DNA from: a virus
Taxonomy: Duplodnaviria; Caudoviricetes
Direction: 5' to 3' (one strand)
Virus record (IMG/VR): IMGVR_UViG_3300025803_000002
Location: 1-40,543 of that record
DNA: 40,543 nt
Position numbers and translations under genes: made by a program. Shown one piece after another: positions 1 through 8,499 of the stretch. The notes beneath the pieces are model-generated. The model made no database searches and had not been told where the DNA came from. It saw nothing but the letters and a program-made list of their open reading frames with translations. Position 1 is the first letter of the stretch; each line of letters starts with the position of its first letter.

Positions 1-127
1 ACTCAGGAATGACGACGTATCAACAGCGCCTTTGATTGCATCATGCGTCCAAAGTGTAACGTTCGCAGCGTCCTTGCAGATGATTTTGTAAGCTGTCGAG
101 CCAGTGAACAGCAGAGCTTTGACATCA
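1..127. repeat. 127-bp terminal direct repeat, left copy (circular assembly overlap)
   Basis: 1-127 is identical to 40417-40543. The length matches a common assembler k-mer, and a CDS reads in frame across the junction. Confidence 0.95.
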
Positions 128-321
128 CTGACAGAAGGATAACCGCCCGAGTCACACGTAACAATTGCGCCAGCTGATGTGGCCAGTCCACTGTCAGTGT
201 AAACGGCGCGGCTGTCGCTAGTGCCGCTGTCGTAGAACTCAATTGTCGCTCCGCTCTGCGGCGTCCCATTTGCATCCGTTACCCGGAATCCCGGATCGAA
301 CACCCTGACAGCATCTACCAT
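1..321 (-). CDS. Tail fibre/tailspike, 5' part (continues at 40416 down to 39358; 459 aa in total)
   Basis: Manual translation from ATG at 321 gives MVDAVRVFDPGFRVTDANGTPQSGATIEFYDSGTSDSRAVYTDSG..., in frame with ORF 39358..40392. The N-terminus resembles a podovirus virion-attachment domain. Missed by the ORF track. Confidence 0.85.
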   Translation of the reverse strand, partial: MVDAVRVFDPGFRVTDANGTPQSGATIEFYDSGTSDSRAVYTDSGLATSAGAIVTCDSGGYPSVSDVKALLFTGSTAYKIICKDAANVTLWTHDAIKGAVDTSSFLS

Positions 322-353
322 TCATTCTTCCGTTTTGTTTGGGACGCGAGCAC

Positions 354-378
354 TAAACAACCGCCCTGAAAAGCGGCT
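354..378 (-). terminator. Probable intrinsic terminator upstream of the tail gene
   Basis: Minus strand GCCGCTT-TTCA-GGGCGGT followed by a weak TGTTT tract. Confidence 0.5.
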
Positions 379-401
379 TATTGTGCGTCATGAACACGTT
401 G

Positions 402-596
402 TTAACCGTCTTGACCCATAAAGGCAGCACCACCAACCGAACCAACCACGCCGAGCTTAATCAACTCTGGTAAGATCGCTTCAAACTGAGCAGGATCGAG
501 CTTTTTATACATTGTCGAAAGCGTGTTCGACATCTCAACCGCCTTCGCATCGGTCACCCGAAAGCCGGGCTTGAAGATCAAAATATTATCGGCCAT
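402..596 (-). pseudogene. Chimeric remnant: tail-gene N-terminus fused to an unrelated C-terminus
   Basis: First 17 aa MADNILIFKPGFRVTDA match the tail protein start MVDAVRVFDPGFRVTDA at 11/17 positions, then similarity stops abruptly. Confidence 0.6.
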
Positions 597-617
597 TCGA
601 GCATCAAGCCCCGCTTG

Positions 618-965
618 TTAGAACCGTGGAGCCAAGTGATTAGGCACCTGTTGTGGGTATTCGTTGTTGTATGAATCTCGCTTAGGTTGTCGTCTCTGGT
701 AATCCTGAAACGCTTCCCAGGCCATCATCGTAGGAACGCCGAGCGCTCCCATTGCCATTGCTCCTGGAGGGCCACCAGCCATCCCGCCGCCAATCCCGCC
801 GGCAATGGCACCAGCAAGCCCCGCTCCCATTAAATTCCTATCAGGTGGAGGCATTGGGCTATTATGCTGGTTCATGTAAACGCCTTGTGATGGATCGTAT
901 GGACCAACCATGTACTGATTGCCCGGTCCATACTCTGCAGCCATTGGGTTTGGTCTACGTTGCAT
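618..965 (-). CDS. Small Gly/Pro/Met-rich protein, possibly capsid-internal
   Basis: AAGGAG RBS upstream, a Gly-rich hydrophobic stretch (GAGLAGAIAGGIGGGMAGG), and a C-terminal PNHLAPRF. Confidence 0.65.
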   Translation of the reverse strand: MQRRPNPMAAEYGPGNQYMVGPYDPSQGVYMNQHNSPMPPPDRNLMGAGLAGAIAGGIGGGMAGGPPGAMAMGALGVPTMMAWEAFQDYQRRQPKRDSYNNEYPQQVPNHLAPRF

Positions 966-992
966 TTTGCCTTCTCCTTATGATGAGGCACT

Positions 993-1018
993 AAAAAAAA
1001 CCGCCCCTGAAGGACGGC
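993..1018 (-). terminator. Intrinsic terminator after the HNH gene
   Basis: Minus strand GC-rich stem CCGTCC/GGGCGG followed by 8 T. Confidence 0.75.
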
Positions 1019-1046
1019 CTGAGTTTTACGTGAAACTGACTGGTAC

Positions 1047-1568
1047 CTATCGATTGAATTCGCCGAAGAGCTCACGGCGCTTCGCTTCGTAGGCGGCTGA
1101 CGCAGCCTCGGGTGAAGAGAAGCTGCCGCGCCAAACTACCTTTTGATTCTGCATCACATGCGTTCTCCATTTTCCATAGAAGAAAAACGTTCCTCGATGG
1201 CCAGATTTACCGACCGGGTGCACTCTGTTCGCTGCGTTTTGAGCATGGCTCACCTCTCGAATATTCGAGAGCCTGTTGTTACCTGCATCGCGATCAACAT
1301 GGTCTATTTCTGTCGGCCAGTAACCGTGCACCACCACCCAAATCACACGATGTGCAAGATAGTCTTTTTTGAATATACCACCTCTGAGATATCCATTTGG
1401 ATGCACTGTAGTAAACGCCTCCTTGCCGGAGTACCGCGTATTCCAGGTCTTCCATATACGATCATTCGGGAACATGTTTCTATCGCGATTGCGCCAGTAC
1501 AGCTTTCCTGTTTCCGGATCATAATCGAGCAGCTCACGAACTTGCTCTGCTGTGAGTTCCTTACTCAT
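1047..1568 (-). CDS. HNH homing-type endonuclease with a C-terminal AP2-like DNA-binding region
   Basis: LLDYDPETGKLYW start, AHRVIW...IDHVDRDAGNNRLSNIRE HNH motif, and GSFSSPEAASAAY tail. Likely start is ATG 1568 after GAGG. Confidence 0.9.
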   Translation of the reverse strand: MSKELTAEQVRELLDYDPETGKLYWRNRDRNMFPNDRIWKTWNTRYSGKEAFTTVHPNGYLRGGIFKKDYLAHRVIWVVVHGYWPTEIDHVDRDAGNNRLSNIREVSHAQNAANRVHPVGKSGHRGTFFFYGKWRTHVMQNQKVVWRGSFSSPEAASAAYEAKRRELFGEFNR

Positions 1569-1803
1569 AGAGCCTCTTCCTAAGCTTCTGGCTTTCATCC
1601 ATCAGTGTACCAGCAAGGAACACCATCGATCTTTGAATTCCATCGTCCTGGTCGAACGCGGTAGACCCGGCCATTAATACTAAGGTCTCAGCAATTGCTT
1701 CGATTGTGATCAACTGCGGTTCTGCACCGAGGATTTTATGTTGGTGTTTTTGTCTTATTTCGTGCGTTGCAACGGTATCTGTGGACTCACTCGGAAATGA
1801 CAT
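1561..1803 (-). CDS. Hypothetical protein
   Basis: 80-aa ORF with a GAGG RBS, overlapping the HNH start and divergent from the RHH gene. Confidence 0.6.
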   Translation of the reverse strand: MSFPSESTDTVATHEIRQKHQHKILGAEPQLITIEAIAETLVLMAGSTAFDQDDGIQRSMVFLAGTLMDESQKLRKRLYE

Positions 1804-1815
1804 GACGCAACCTCA

Positions 1816-1880
1816 TAGCTACAAAAGACTACGTTAGGCTACGATCCATAAGTTGAACTGTCAACTACCGATGGCTACAA
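1816..1880. promoter_or_regulatory. Phased CTAC repeats plus an inverted repeat in a divergent intergenic region (candidate RHH operator)
   Basis: CTAC at 1819, 1829, 1839 and at 1865, 1875 (10-bp spacing). GTTGA-ACTG-TCAAC at 1852-1865. Confidence 0.55.
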
Positions 1881-1887
1881 ATGGCTC

Positions 1888-2067
1888 ATGCGACCACCAA
1901 AAAAAATGCATCCGATTTCACTGCGCCTCGACCCCGACATGAGAGAGGCTTTGCAACTGCTTGCAAACGCTGATGAACGATCATTGTCTTCTTACATCAC
2001 GTTAGCGCTGCGTGATCATATCAAGTCAAATACCGCGACCAAGAGGCCGCGCATCACACAGTTGTAG
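1888..2067 (+). CDS. Ribbon-helix-helix (Arc/Mnt/CopG-like) regulator, 59 aa
   Basis: Manual translation MRPPKKMHPISLRLDPDMREALQLLANADERSLSSYITLALRDHI... fits the RHH pattern. Below the ORF-track cutoff. Confidence 0.85.
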   Translation: MRPPKKMHPISLRLDPDMREALQLLANADERSLSSYITLALRDHIKSNTATKRPRITQL

Positions 2068-2090
2068 CTATTGCCGAAGGAGTAACTCGA

Positions 2091-2261
2091 ATGATCGAAT
2101 TTCCGGAAGGCCACGAAGGTGACGTCCGTTTCTTTCAAGGCCGAAAGTATATCTACACGAGAGGCCGATGGCTCAAGACGCTCGACGAACTATCCTCCTC
2201 AAAGCTGGACCTCGGCCCGAATCCTGTCTGGCCCAGGTTCGAGTATGAAAAAGTCGATTAG
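2091..2261 (+). CDS. Hypothetical protein, 56 aa
   Basis: AAGGAG RBS, then MIEFPEGHEGDVRFFQGRKYIYTRGRWLK... Missed by the ORF track. Confidence 0.65.
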   Translation: MIEFPEGHEGDVRFFQGRKYIYTRGRWLKTLDELSSSKLDLGPNPVWPRFEYEKVD

Positions 2262-2312
2262 CGTCGTGTCAAGCGTTTATACTCCCCGCTGTGTATTGAG
2301 GAGATTTATTGA

Positions 2313-2657
2313 ATGGATGACGCTGACAAGGTTCGCTTCGATTCAAGAGACGAAGCCATTTTTGAGGCTAGGCGTTACATCGTACGTTTGGCAGTGATCT
2401 GGTTTGCACTTACCGGTGGCGCTCTATGGTCAGTGTTCGCAGGGGCTGAGCCTCGGTTAACAGCAGCCTTATTGATGATTGCATTGACTCTGCTGCCAGG
2501 CATGGCCTTCACTTACTTTCTTGTGTTCCGCTCGTTGTGGCGCGGTGAGTTCACGCTTCGCAATCAGAATTTGACCGCCATACCCGCTTTGATTTCTGCC
2601 CTTTTTATACCCGTCATTGGTTTTTGGTTGGCCTTCACGGGCCAACCAACGAATTGA
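2313..2657 (+). CDS. Small membrane protein with about 3 TM helices, possible superinfection-exclusion moron
   Basis: GAGGAG RBS and three hydrophobic segments. Convergent on the last ejection gene, the position held by sieA in P22. Confidence 0.7.
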   Translation: MDDADKVRFDSRDEAIFEARRYIVRLAVIWFALTGGALWSVFAGAEPRLTAALLMIALTLLPGMAFTYFLVFRSLWRGEFTLRNQNLTAIPALISALFIPVIGFWLAFTGQPTN

Positions 2658-4890
2658 CCGTCGCGGGTTGACCGCCTCGCATCACGATCTCAACAACCCC
2701 TTCCAATCGCTGTAAATGTTGCCCAGTCAAATTCTGATTGCGTGCAAATTGTACCAAGCCTTGTGCGATTGCTTGCCGGTCACCTCCCTGCGCGACAAGC
2801 ATTCGAGCCATATCAGCGACAATGCGGTCGTTGGATTCATTTATCGACGTGTTGCGAAGCGCATTCAGTAGCCTCGTTCCGGTCTCCATTCCCATGCCCA
2901 AATAGGTGGCGTTTCGGTACGTTGGCCCTGACAGATCGCCAGGCTGCGACGGCAAGACTCTTTGAGCGTTTGCATTCGCATTGGCCTGACTGTTCTGAAC
3001 ACCCTTTTCATACAGTCGATTGAACCAGGCTTCCTGATCTACTGTTCGTGCCAGTTGACCCGGCGCCATGGTTGGTGCTTCCAAACGTGGTCCAGGCTGA
3101 TTATTAGGAAAAGGGTGATAATCTTCGAACACTACGGGGCTTGTTCTTCGCATTCCGGTTGCAGCGCGACCAGCTGGTGCTGCCAAGGCAATCTTTTGCC
3201 TCGCCTGCGGTCCTATCATTTGGCGGATGCCAGCCGTTGGTGCCCGCCCAAATCGCGTTGTGGTGGTCTCCATTAGGTCACGTAAACCACGGCGCTGTCC
3301 TTCACGCAGCCCTAACTGTTCTGCTGGCGGCATCTGATCCATGTCAGCCCGAACCTGGTTCGGTGAAACGTTCTTAGCAATTGACCGCTCACCAGCTTTC
3401 AGCCCACTTTCATATTGTAAGCCTTCGCCGGCAATGGCCCGCGCTTGCGCATAGGGGCCTGCTGCTGGATTGCCTGGACTCAGCGCATTATCAATTTCCC
3501 GGTTTATAGTTCGGGCGATGGCGGTATATTCACTCGCAAGCGAACGGTCACCCGGGTTGATATTGGATCCAGCCGTCTTATTAGCTAAGCTTGATACATT
3601 GCGCCGTAGTCGATCCAAAAACTGATTGACGTTGGTTCCCGTTTCAAAATTGACGGGCAAATTACGCCGTCTCATGCTGTTTAATGTTTGCTGGAAAGCT
3701 GGTGTTGTTGCAGCCCCTTGAAGGGCACGTCCCAGCTCTGGCGTAACCGTCACAACTGGCCCGTCGTAGAATGCTCTATAATGCGGATCGGCAGCAGCAC
3801 GTGTTGCCTCCAACGCTTGCCTCTGGGTTTGAACAGTGTTGAGAGGCCGGCCAAGTGTTGCAGTTGTCGCGTCATCAATTCGACCTTGCGCGCCGCGACG
3901 ACGTGCACGAATAGCTTGGCTTGCAATGCCTGCACCAGTGCCTTGCCGTTTCATAATACCACCGGCCAGGCTGGATGTATTCTGGCCAAGGTCGGCAATC
4001 ATGCCTTGTGAACCTAATGCTGTTACCGTGCCGTGATCATTCGGAACACCTGCATGCGTCAAGCGTCTTGGCGTAATTCCGTCTTGGCGCACCGCATCAG
4101 ATACTCCGGTAACGGCCCTGCGATCAAACTGGCGTAACTGGTTGGGCAACGGCGCGCGGGACGATAGGTAATTGATGGCCCTAGATCCACCTGCGGCTGC
4201 TGCGGGAATGGCAGCACCACCAACGACGCCGGCGCCGAAGCCAATTCCCGCATTGACTGCACGACCTTGCCCGCCATCTTCGCCAGCACCATAAACACCA
4301 CCATAAAGAGCGCCAGACACAAGACCATTGAAAATTCTAGGAGCCGCCCCGGCCGCTTGCCATGCGCGCACTACAGGCGTGATTGGCGCAGACAAGACCC
4401 CCCCGGCAAGCTTTTGCAGCCCGCTGTCCTTCACCTCACCGATGTATGGCAGCGTAAAGCGAGTGGTGCTGTCTTTGCTAATGGCTCGGTCTGTCGCGTT
4501 CTGATAGGCGATAGCTTCGTCGTAGTCTCCACCCAACGCCGCAGACGTTGCGGCGTTGGCTTCGTTCAACCATGAGCCTACGACTGTTCCCGTCGTAAGG
4601 TTTCGCACAACGTCATTCACGTTCTGACCAATAGAACCCTTACCGGCCTTTCTCTCTTTTGCAACGAACGTGTCAGCCCACTTGCGCATTGCAGCTTTCT
4701 GCTGCCCCTTTGGTAGCGCTTTGATCGCGCGGCGCACAACGGCTTTCGATTGGCTGAAATCGACGCCAAAGTCTGATTGCGCAGCAACCCGTCCGTCTAC
4801 TCGATCGAAGATATCACCACCCACCGGCACAGCGTCTTGCTGAGGAGCCGCCGCAGATCTTTCTACCCGATCAAAGATGTCTCCGCTCAT
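2635..4890 (-). CDS. DNA ejection (internal virion) protein, P22 gp16-position
   Basis: 751 aa, Ala/Gly/Arg-rich, with GDIFDRV twice at the N-terminus and Gly-rich hydrophobic segments. Third of three genes after the gp10-like gene. Confidence 0.75.
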   Translation of the reverse strand: MSGDIFDRVERSAAAPQQDAVPVGGDIFDRVDGRVAAQSDFGVDFSQSKAVVRRAIKALPKGQQKAAMRKWADTFVAKERKAGKGSIGQNVNDVVRNLTTGTVVGSWLNEANAATSAALGGDYDEAIAYQNATDRAISKDSTTRFTLPYIGEVKDSGLQKLAGGVLSAPITPVVRAWQAAGAAPRIFNGLVSGALYGGVYGAGEDGGQGRAVNAGIGFGAGVVGGAAIPAAAAGGSRAINYLSSRAPLPNQLRQFDRRAVTGVSDAVRQDGITPRRLTHAGVPNDHGTVTALGSQGMIADLGQNTSSLAGGIMKRQGTGAGIASQAIRARRRGAQGRIDDATTATLGRPLNTVQTQRQALEATRAAADPHYRAFYDGPVVTVTPELGRALQGAATTPAFQQTLNSMRRRNLPVNFETGTNVNQFLDRLRRNVSSLANKTAGSNINPGDRSLASEYTAIARTINREIDNALSPGNPAAGPYAQARAIAGEGLQYESGLKAGERSIAKNVSPNQVRADMDQMPPAEQLGLREGQRRGLRDLMETTTTRFGRAPTAGIRQMIGPQARQKIALAAPAGRAATGMRRTSPVVFEDYHPFPNNQPGPRLEAPTMAPGQLARTVDQEAWFNRLYEKGVQNSQANANANAQRVLPSQPGDLSGPTYRNATYLGMGMETGTRLLNALRNTSINESNDRIVADMARMLVAQGGDRQAIAQGLVQFARNQNLTGQHLQRLEGVVEIVMRGGQPATVNSLVGP

Positions 4891-6233
4891 ATGCCGAACT
4901 CTCTCAGAGTTGCCTGATCAGCCTGGGCGCGAATAAGATTTCCGTCCATGCCAGGATTTGACTTCTTCATTTCCCGATAGATCTCAGTAGCGCGCTTGTT
5001 CATGATCCCGCGCATCTGTTGAATAGATATGTTAGATTTCCCACCAGGACCGATCATGCGCTTTCCTTTGAAGCGAGCACTGCGGAGATAGGTGTAGCGA
5101 GCAGCCGCAAGCTTGAGCTGACGAACGGAATTATCCATCTTCGCCTTGAACTCCGATGGTGAGTCTCCGTCATAAAATGACGTGCCAGGGTTAGGCATTG
5201 AACGCATGAGACGGGCGGCCTCAGCTTCGCTCATCTGCGCGCCTGTAATTTCCTTTATGTACCTATTGAGGTTATCCCAAGCATCCTGTTTAAACTGAGT
5301 GTATTCCGTCAGATATTTGGTCTGCTCCGGCGTTGGCTTCATGCCTCCAGCGCGGATCTTATCAACCATCTTGATCCAGCCAGCCTTCAGCCCGCCGCCC
5401 ATAGTCATGAACTCAGGCTTGAACGACTTCTGAATACCATCAAGCCGGCTCATACCTTCGGCGGTATCAAAGATCTTGCCTTCGATTTTGTTCTTGGTGG
5501 CTTTGTCGAACTTTTCGCCCTTGTCGTTCGCAAGCAGAGCATTGCCCATACCTGGACTTACGAGGTTGAGCGCCATAGCCTGCCGTTGTGCTGGCGTCAG
5601 ATTATCCATAGGAGAGCCTGCAGGCTGCTGTCCTGGAGTCCCATCAGCGGCCTGCGCCGGAATCAAGTTTGGATCTTGAGCTGGATTACCATCTGCGCCG
5701 GTAGGGACGACCTGTGGCGGCTGTTCTGTTGTCTCATTGCTCTGCGGTAGCAATTGTGGTTGCTGAGCGCCTGCGGGCGCTTCCTGGCCGCCCATGAGTT
5801 GCTGAAGCAGCTTCACCTTCGCTGATTTCAGCGGGTCTCCATTCTTCAGCTTGCGAATTTCGAATTCAAGTTTACGGCGGCGTAGCTCAAGCTCTTTCGA
5901 GCGTGTTCCGGCGCCGGCGCGCTGGATGCCAAGCTGAGCCTTTCGATGTTCCTGGTTCGCGTCAAACGTACGCTCTTGCAGTCCGAAAGATCTATCGGCA
6001 TTCCCCTGCGATCGATCAGCTTGGCCCTGCCTGAACTCCTGGTTTGACAGAAAGTTCTGCTGTGCCTGGTTGGCTTGTCCTTGGCGCCAGTCGAGGTCTT
6101 GCTGGCGGAATTCTCCCTGGCGTTCGAACTGTTGGTTACGGTTCTGCTGCTGGCGATAGCCGTTTAAGGCGTTGACCATCGGCTGAGTGTTGAGCTCCAT
6201 CGCGTGACGGGGAAGGAGATAATTTGGTGGCAT
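4887..6233 (-). CDS. DNA ejection protein, P22 gp20-position
   Basis: 448 aa with a Gln-rich N-terminus and a helical C-domain containing ITGAQMSEAEAARL. Synteny supports the call. Confidence 0.7.
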   Translation of the reverse strand: MPPNYLLPRHAMELNTQPMVNALNGYRQQQNRNQQFERQGEFRQQDLDWRQGQANQAQQNFLSNQEFRQGQADRSQGNADRSFGLQERTFDANQEHRKAQLGIQRAGAGTRSKELELRRRKLEFEIRKLKNGDPLKSAKVKLLQQLMGGQEAPAGAQQPQLLPQSNETTEQPPQVVPTGADGNPAQDPNLIPAQAADGTPGQQPAGSPMDNLTPAQRQAMALNLVSPGMGNALLANDKGEKFDKATKNKIEGKIFDTAEGMSRLDGIQKSFKPEFMTMGGGLKAGWIKMVDKIRAGGMKPTPEQTKYLTEYTQFKQDAWDNLNRYIKEITGAQMSEAEAARLMRSMPNPGTSFYDGDSPSEFKAKMDNSVRQLKLAAARYTYLRSARFKGKRMIGPGGKSNISIQQMRGIMNKRATEIYREMKKSNPGMDGNLIRAQADQATLREFGI

Positions 6234-6239
6234 TAGTAG

Positions 6240-6980
6240 TTACCCCCTGAATCTAAGGAAGTTGGAGCCGTAGCCGCCGCCTGGTCCGGTATCATCGCCG
6301 CCGTAGCCTGATGGGCCCATGCCAACGTTGTGACCGCTGCTCATAGTGGTGCCCCCACTACTTCCCATACCCACCGGCATACCAGTCGCTGCACTAAGAG
6401 CCATGCCGCCGACCTTGAGAGCCGAATTCCAGCCCATATTCCTGGTTCCAGCAAGTCCCATGTGGGCCGCTTGGTTATTCTGGCCCTCGCCGATGTCGTA
6501 ACCTGCTAGTGTGTTGCCTGTATTGAGATCGATGTTGGCAAGTTGATTAGATGCGCTATAGCCTTGTTGCCCGAGGCCTTGAAGACGATTTAGGCGTTCC
6601 GTCGTATAAGATCGCCCTGCGTCCATTCCAGCTCTTGCACCAGCTAGGGCACCAAAACCACTTCGAGACATGCCACGGGCTGACATTGAGCGATTAACGC
6701 CATCAATAGCCCGGTCCTCGTCGTAGCCTCGTTGCGGGTCTGCTTGGTAGTTGTCCCAGTATCCGCTCTGAGCATCATTACCGTTTACGCCGATAGCATC
6801 AGCATACTGCCCATAGGCTTGGTTGCCTTGGTTGGCGTAGGGCGTGAGATGGTTGATAGCCCTGCCGGCATACTCTCTCGTTGTCTTCCCCGCGTTGCTG
6901 TACGCGCGATTCATTCCCTCTTGGCCGGCTCGAATGTCTCGGCGTTGGGAAGATCCCGATAGGCTATCAAAGAACCCCAT
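6240..6980 (-). CDS. DNA ejection protein, P22 gp7-like
   Basis: MGFFDSLSG start, LTPYANQG, ARGMSRSG and LNRLQGLGQQGYSA motifs, Gly-rich tail. Confidence 0.8.
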   Translation of the reverse strand: MGFFDSLSGSSQRRDIRAGQEGMNRAYSNAGKTTREYAGRAINHLTPYANQGNQAYGQYADAIGVNGNDAQSGYWDNYQADPQRGYDEDRAIDGVNRSMSARGMSRSGFGALAGARAGMDAGRSYTTERLNRLQGLGQQGYSASNQLANIDLNTGNTLAGYDIGEGQNNQAAHMGLAGTRNMGWNSALKVGGMALSAATGMPVGMGSSGGTTMSSGHNVGMGPSGYGGDDTGPGGGYGSNFLRFRG

Positions 6981-7091
6981 TTATTCGGCCTCCTGCAATT
7001 CTCTGATGATCGTTTCAACGGCTTTCAGCCAGGCGTATAGCTCTGGTGATATCTTCGTGTCTTGTGGGAGTGGCGGGAGTGTTGTTGCCAT
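6981..7091 (-). CDS. 36-aa peptide at the tail needle/plug (P22 gp26) position
   Basis: Manual translation MATTLPPLPQDTKISPELYAWLKAVETIIRELQEAE exactly fills the gap between the gp10-like and gp7-like genes. Confidence 0.7.
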   Translation of the reverse strand: MATTLPPLPQDTKISPELYAWLKAVETIIRELQEAE

Positions 7092-7092
7092 G

Positions 7093-8499
7093 TCAGGCCC
7101 TCAACGGTTGCGCATCGACGGCAAATCCCGTCACGCCTTTGATAACGTTGGCTGATACTTTGAACTGAAACTGGAACCCGTCTTCATCTGACTTGCCGAA
7201 CCGGCGCATCTTGATCCGTTTTAGAGACTTGCCGGCACGTCCAATGCTTTCCCGACGTTCTGCTGACCAGTTTTCACCGCCGTCAAACGAATGGCGCACC
7301 ATCAATTGCGGATCTGCGTCGTCTTCATCTGAACTGATGGCGCCAACGCCTGCGATCACATCAAGGTGAACCCCTGGTATCTTCACGCCGCGCGGGTATC
7401 CATGAACGCTTGGCGGCTGAATGGTCATCACCAGCGGGTTTCCTGCTTCGTCGTATGCCGTGTCGCTCATTTCGTAGAGCTTGCCGGTCGTTGCATCACC
7501 TGCAATCAGCTTGTTGCCAAACCGGACAACATCACCGACGCGCCATGTGGCAGAATCGTAGCTCTGCCGCTCATGCCAAAAACCTGTTTGCAGATCGAAT
7601 ACCCAACACCATGACGGGCAACGAATGGCATAGAATGAGTGATCTCCGCGAGACCAACCGAAGCCTTTGATTAACGTCTTGTCGGTCAAGTCGGAAATAG
7701 CCCGCGAAACGGCACCATTGGAGACAACCTGCCCACCGTAGCCATTGCGGATGCGCACCTGGTTGTTGTGATCAACCCATGCAAATGTTTCACCAACCCG
7801 AGCAACGCTATTGCCCGACACAGTTCCGATTTGCTTGGTTGCGACCCGTCCAAAGCTGAAATCAGCAGCGCCTGTGTTGCGCCACCATTCGACTGACTCC
7901 GATCCGATAAATACAGCCTCACGCTCGTGCGCGATAACCCGCAAAATCTCATCCGGGTAGCTTTCAGCGTTGGCTGTCTCAAGCGCATCCCATGAGCGCA
8001 TATTGTTCTGGCCGGAAACCTGCCAATAGCCTCGCCCTGCGGTTGCGATCGTGTAACCGTCAACGATCGCGATGCTATTCGGACCGCGAAGATTTGCGTC
8101 CTGGTAGAGATCAAACGCGCCCTGATCGATGATCCCGAACAAGCCATCGGACGCAATGCCGATCTGCTGGCCTGACTCTCTACCGTTCGCCACCATGTAA
8201 ACAGGACCAGTTGTTGGCATGCCGCCGATCTGCGTTGCTGAGCCGGACACATCAACACGGAACACTAGCCGACCCGCAACAACGTACAGGCTTGAACCTA
8301 ACGCCAGCATGGCGCGAATGCCGCCGCCATTTGCCAGCGTTGCGAAGTCTGTCAGGCCGTCAGTCGCGTATATCGGCCATTGTATTTTCCCCTCAGCGCC
8401 GGCTGACTCCGCATAACAGTTGATCAGCCGAGAATTGCCCGCTTGAGGATACCGAGCCGGGTTTGATGTGGTGCCAAGGGATATTGGTCTAGGTGCCAT
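7093..8499 (-). CDS. Packaged-DNA stabilization / tail hub protein, P22 gp10-like
   Basis: 468 aa, beta-rich, with AESYPD, WVFDLQTGFWHER and FDGGENWS motifs typical of the family. Confidence 0.88.
   Translation of the reverse strand: MAPRPISLGTTSNPARYPQAGNSRLINCYAESAGAEGKIQWPIYATDGLTDFATLANGGGIRAMLALGSSLYVVAGRLVFRVDVSGSATQIGGMPTTGPVYMVANGRESGQQIGIASDGLFGIIDQGAFDLYQDANLRGPNSIAIVDGYTIATAGRGYWQVSGQNNMRSWDALETANAESYPDEILRVIAHEREAVFIGSESVEWWRNTGAADFSFGRVATKQIGTVSGNSVARVGETFAWVDHNNQVRIRNGYGGQVVSNGAVSRAISDLTDKTLIKGFGWSRGDHSFYAIRCPSWCWVFDLQTGFWHERQSYDSATWRVGDVVRFGNKLIAGDATTGKLYEMSDTAYDEAGNPLVMTIQPPSVHGYPRGVKIPGVHLDVIAGVGAISSDEDDADPQLMVRHSFDGGENWSAERRESIGRAGKSLKRIKMRRFGKSDEDGFQFQFKVSANVIKGVTGFAVDAQPLRA

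Noticed and set aside
1-127. Biological terminal repeat of the virion DNA
   Set aside because: The length equals a common assembler k-mer and the repeat falls mid-gene. P22-like terminases usually package by headful.
3-275. 90-aa ORF from the track
   Set aside because: Wrong frame. The real gene starts at 321 and crosses the junction.
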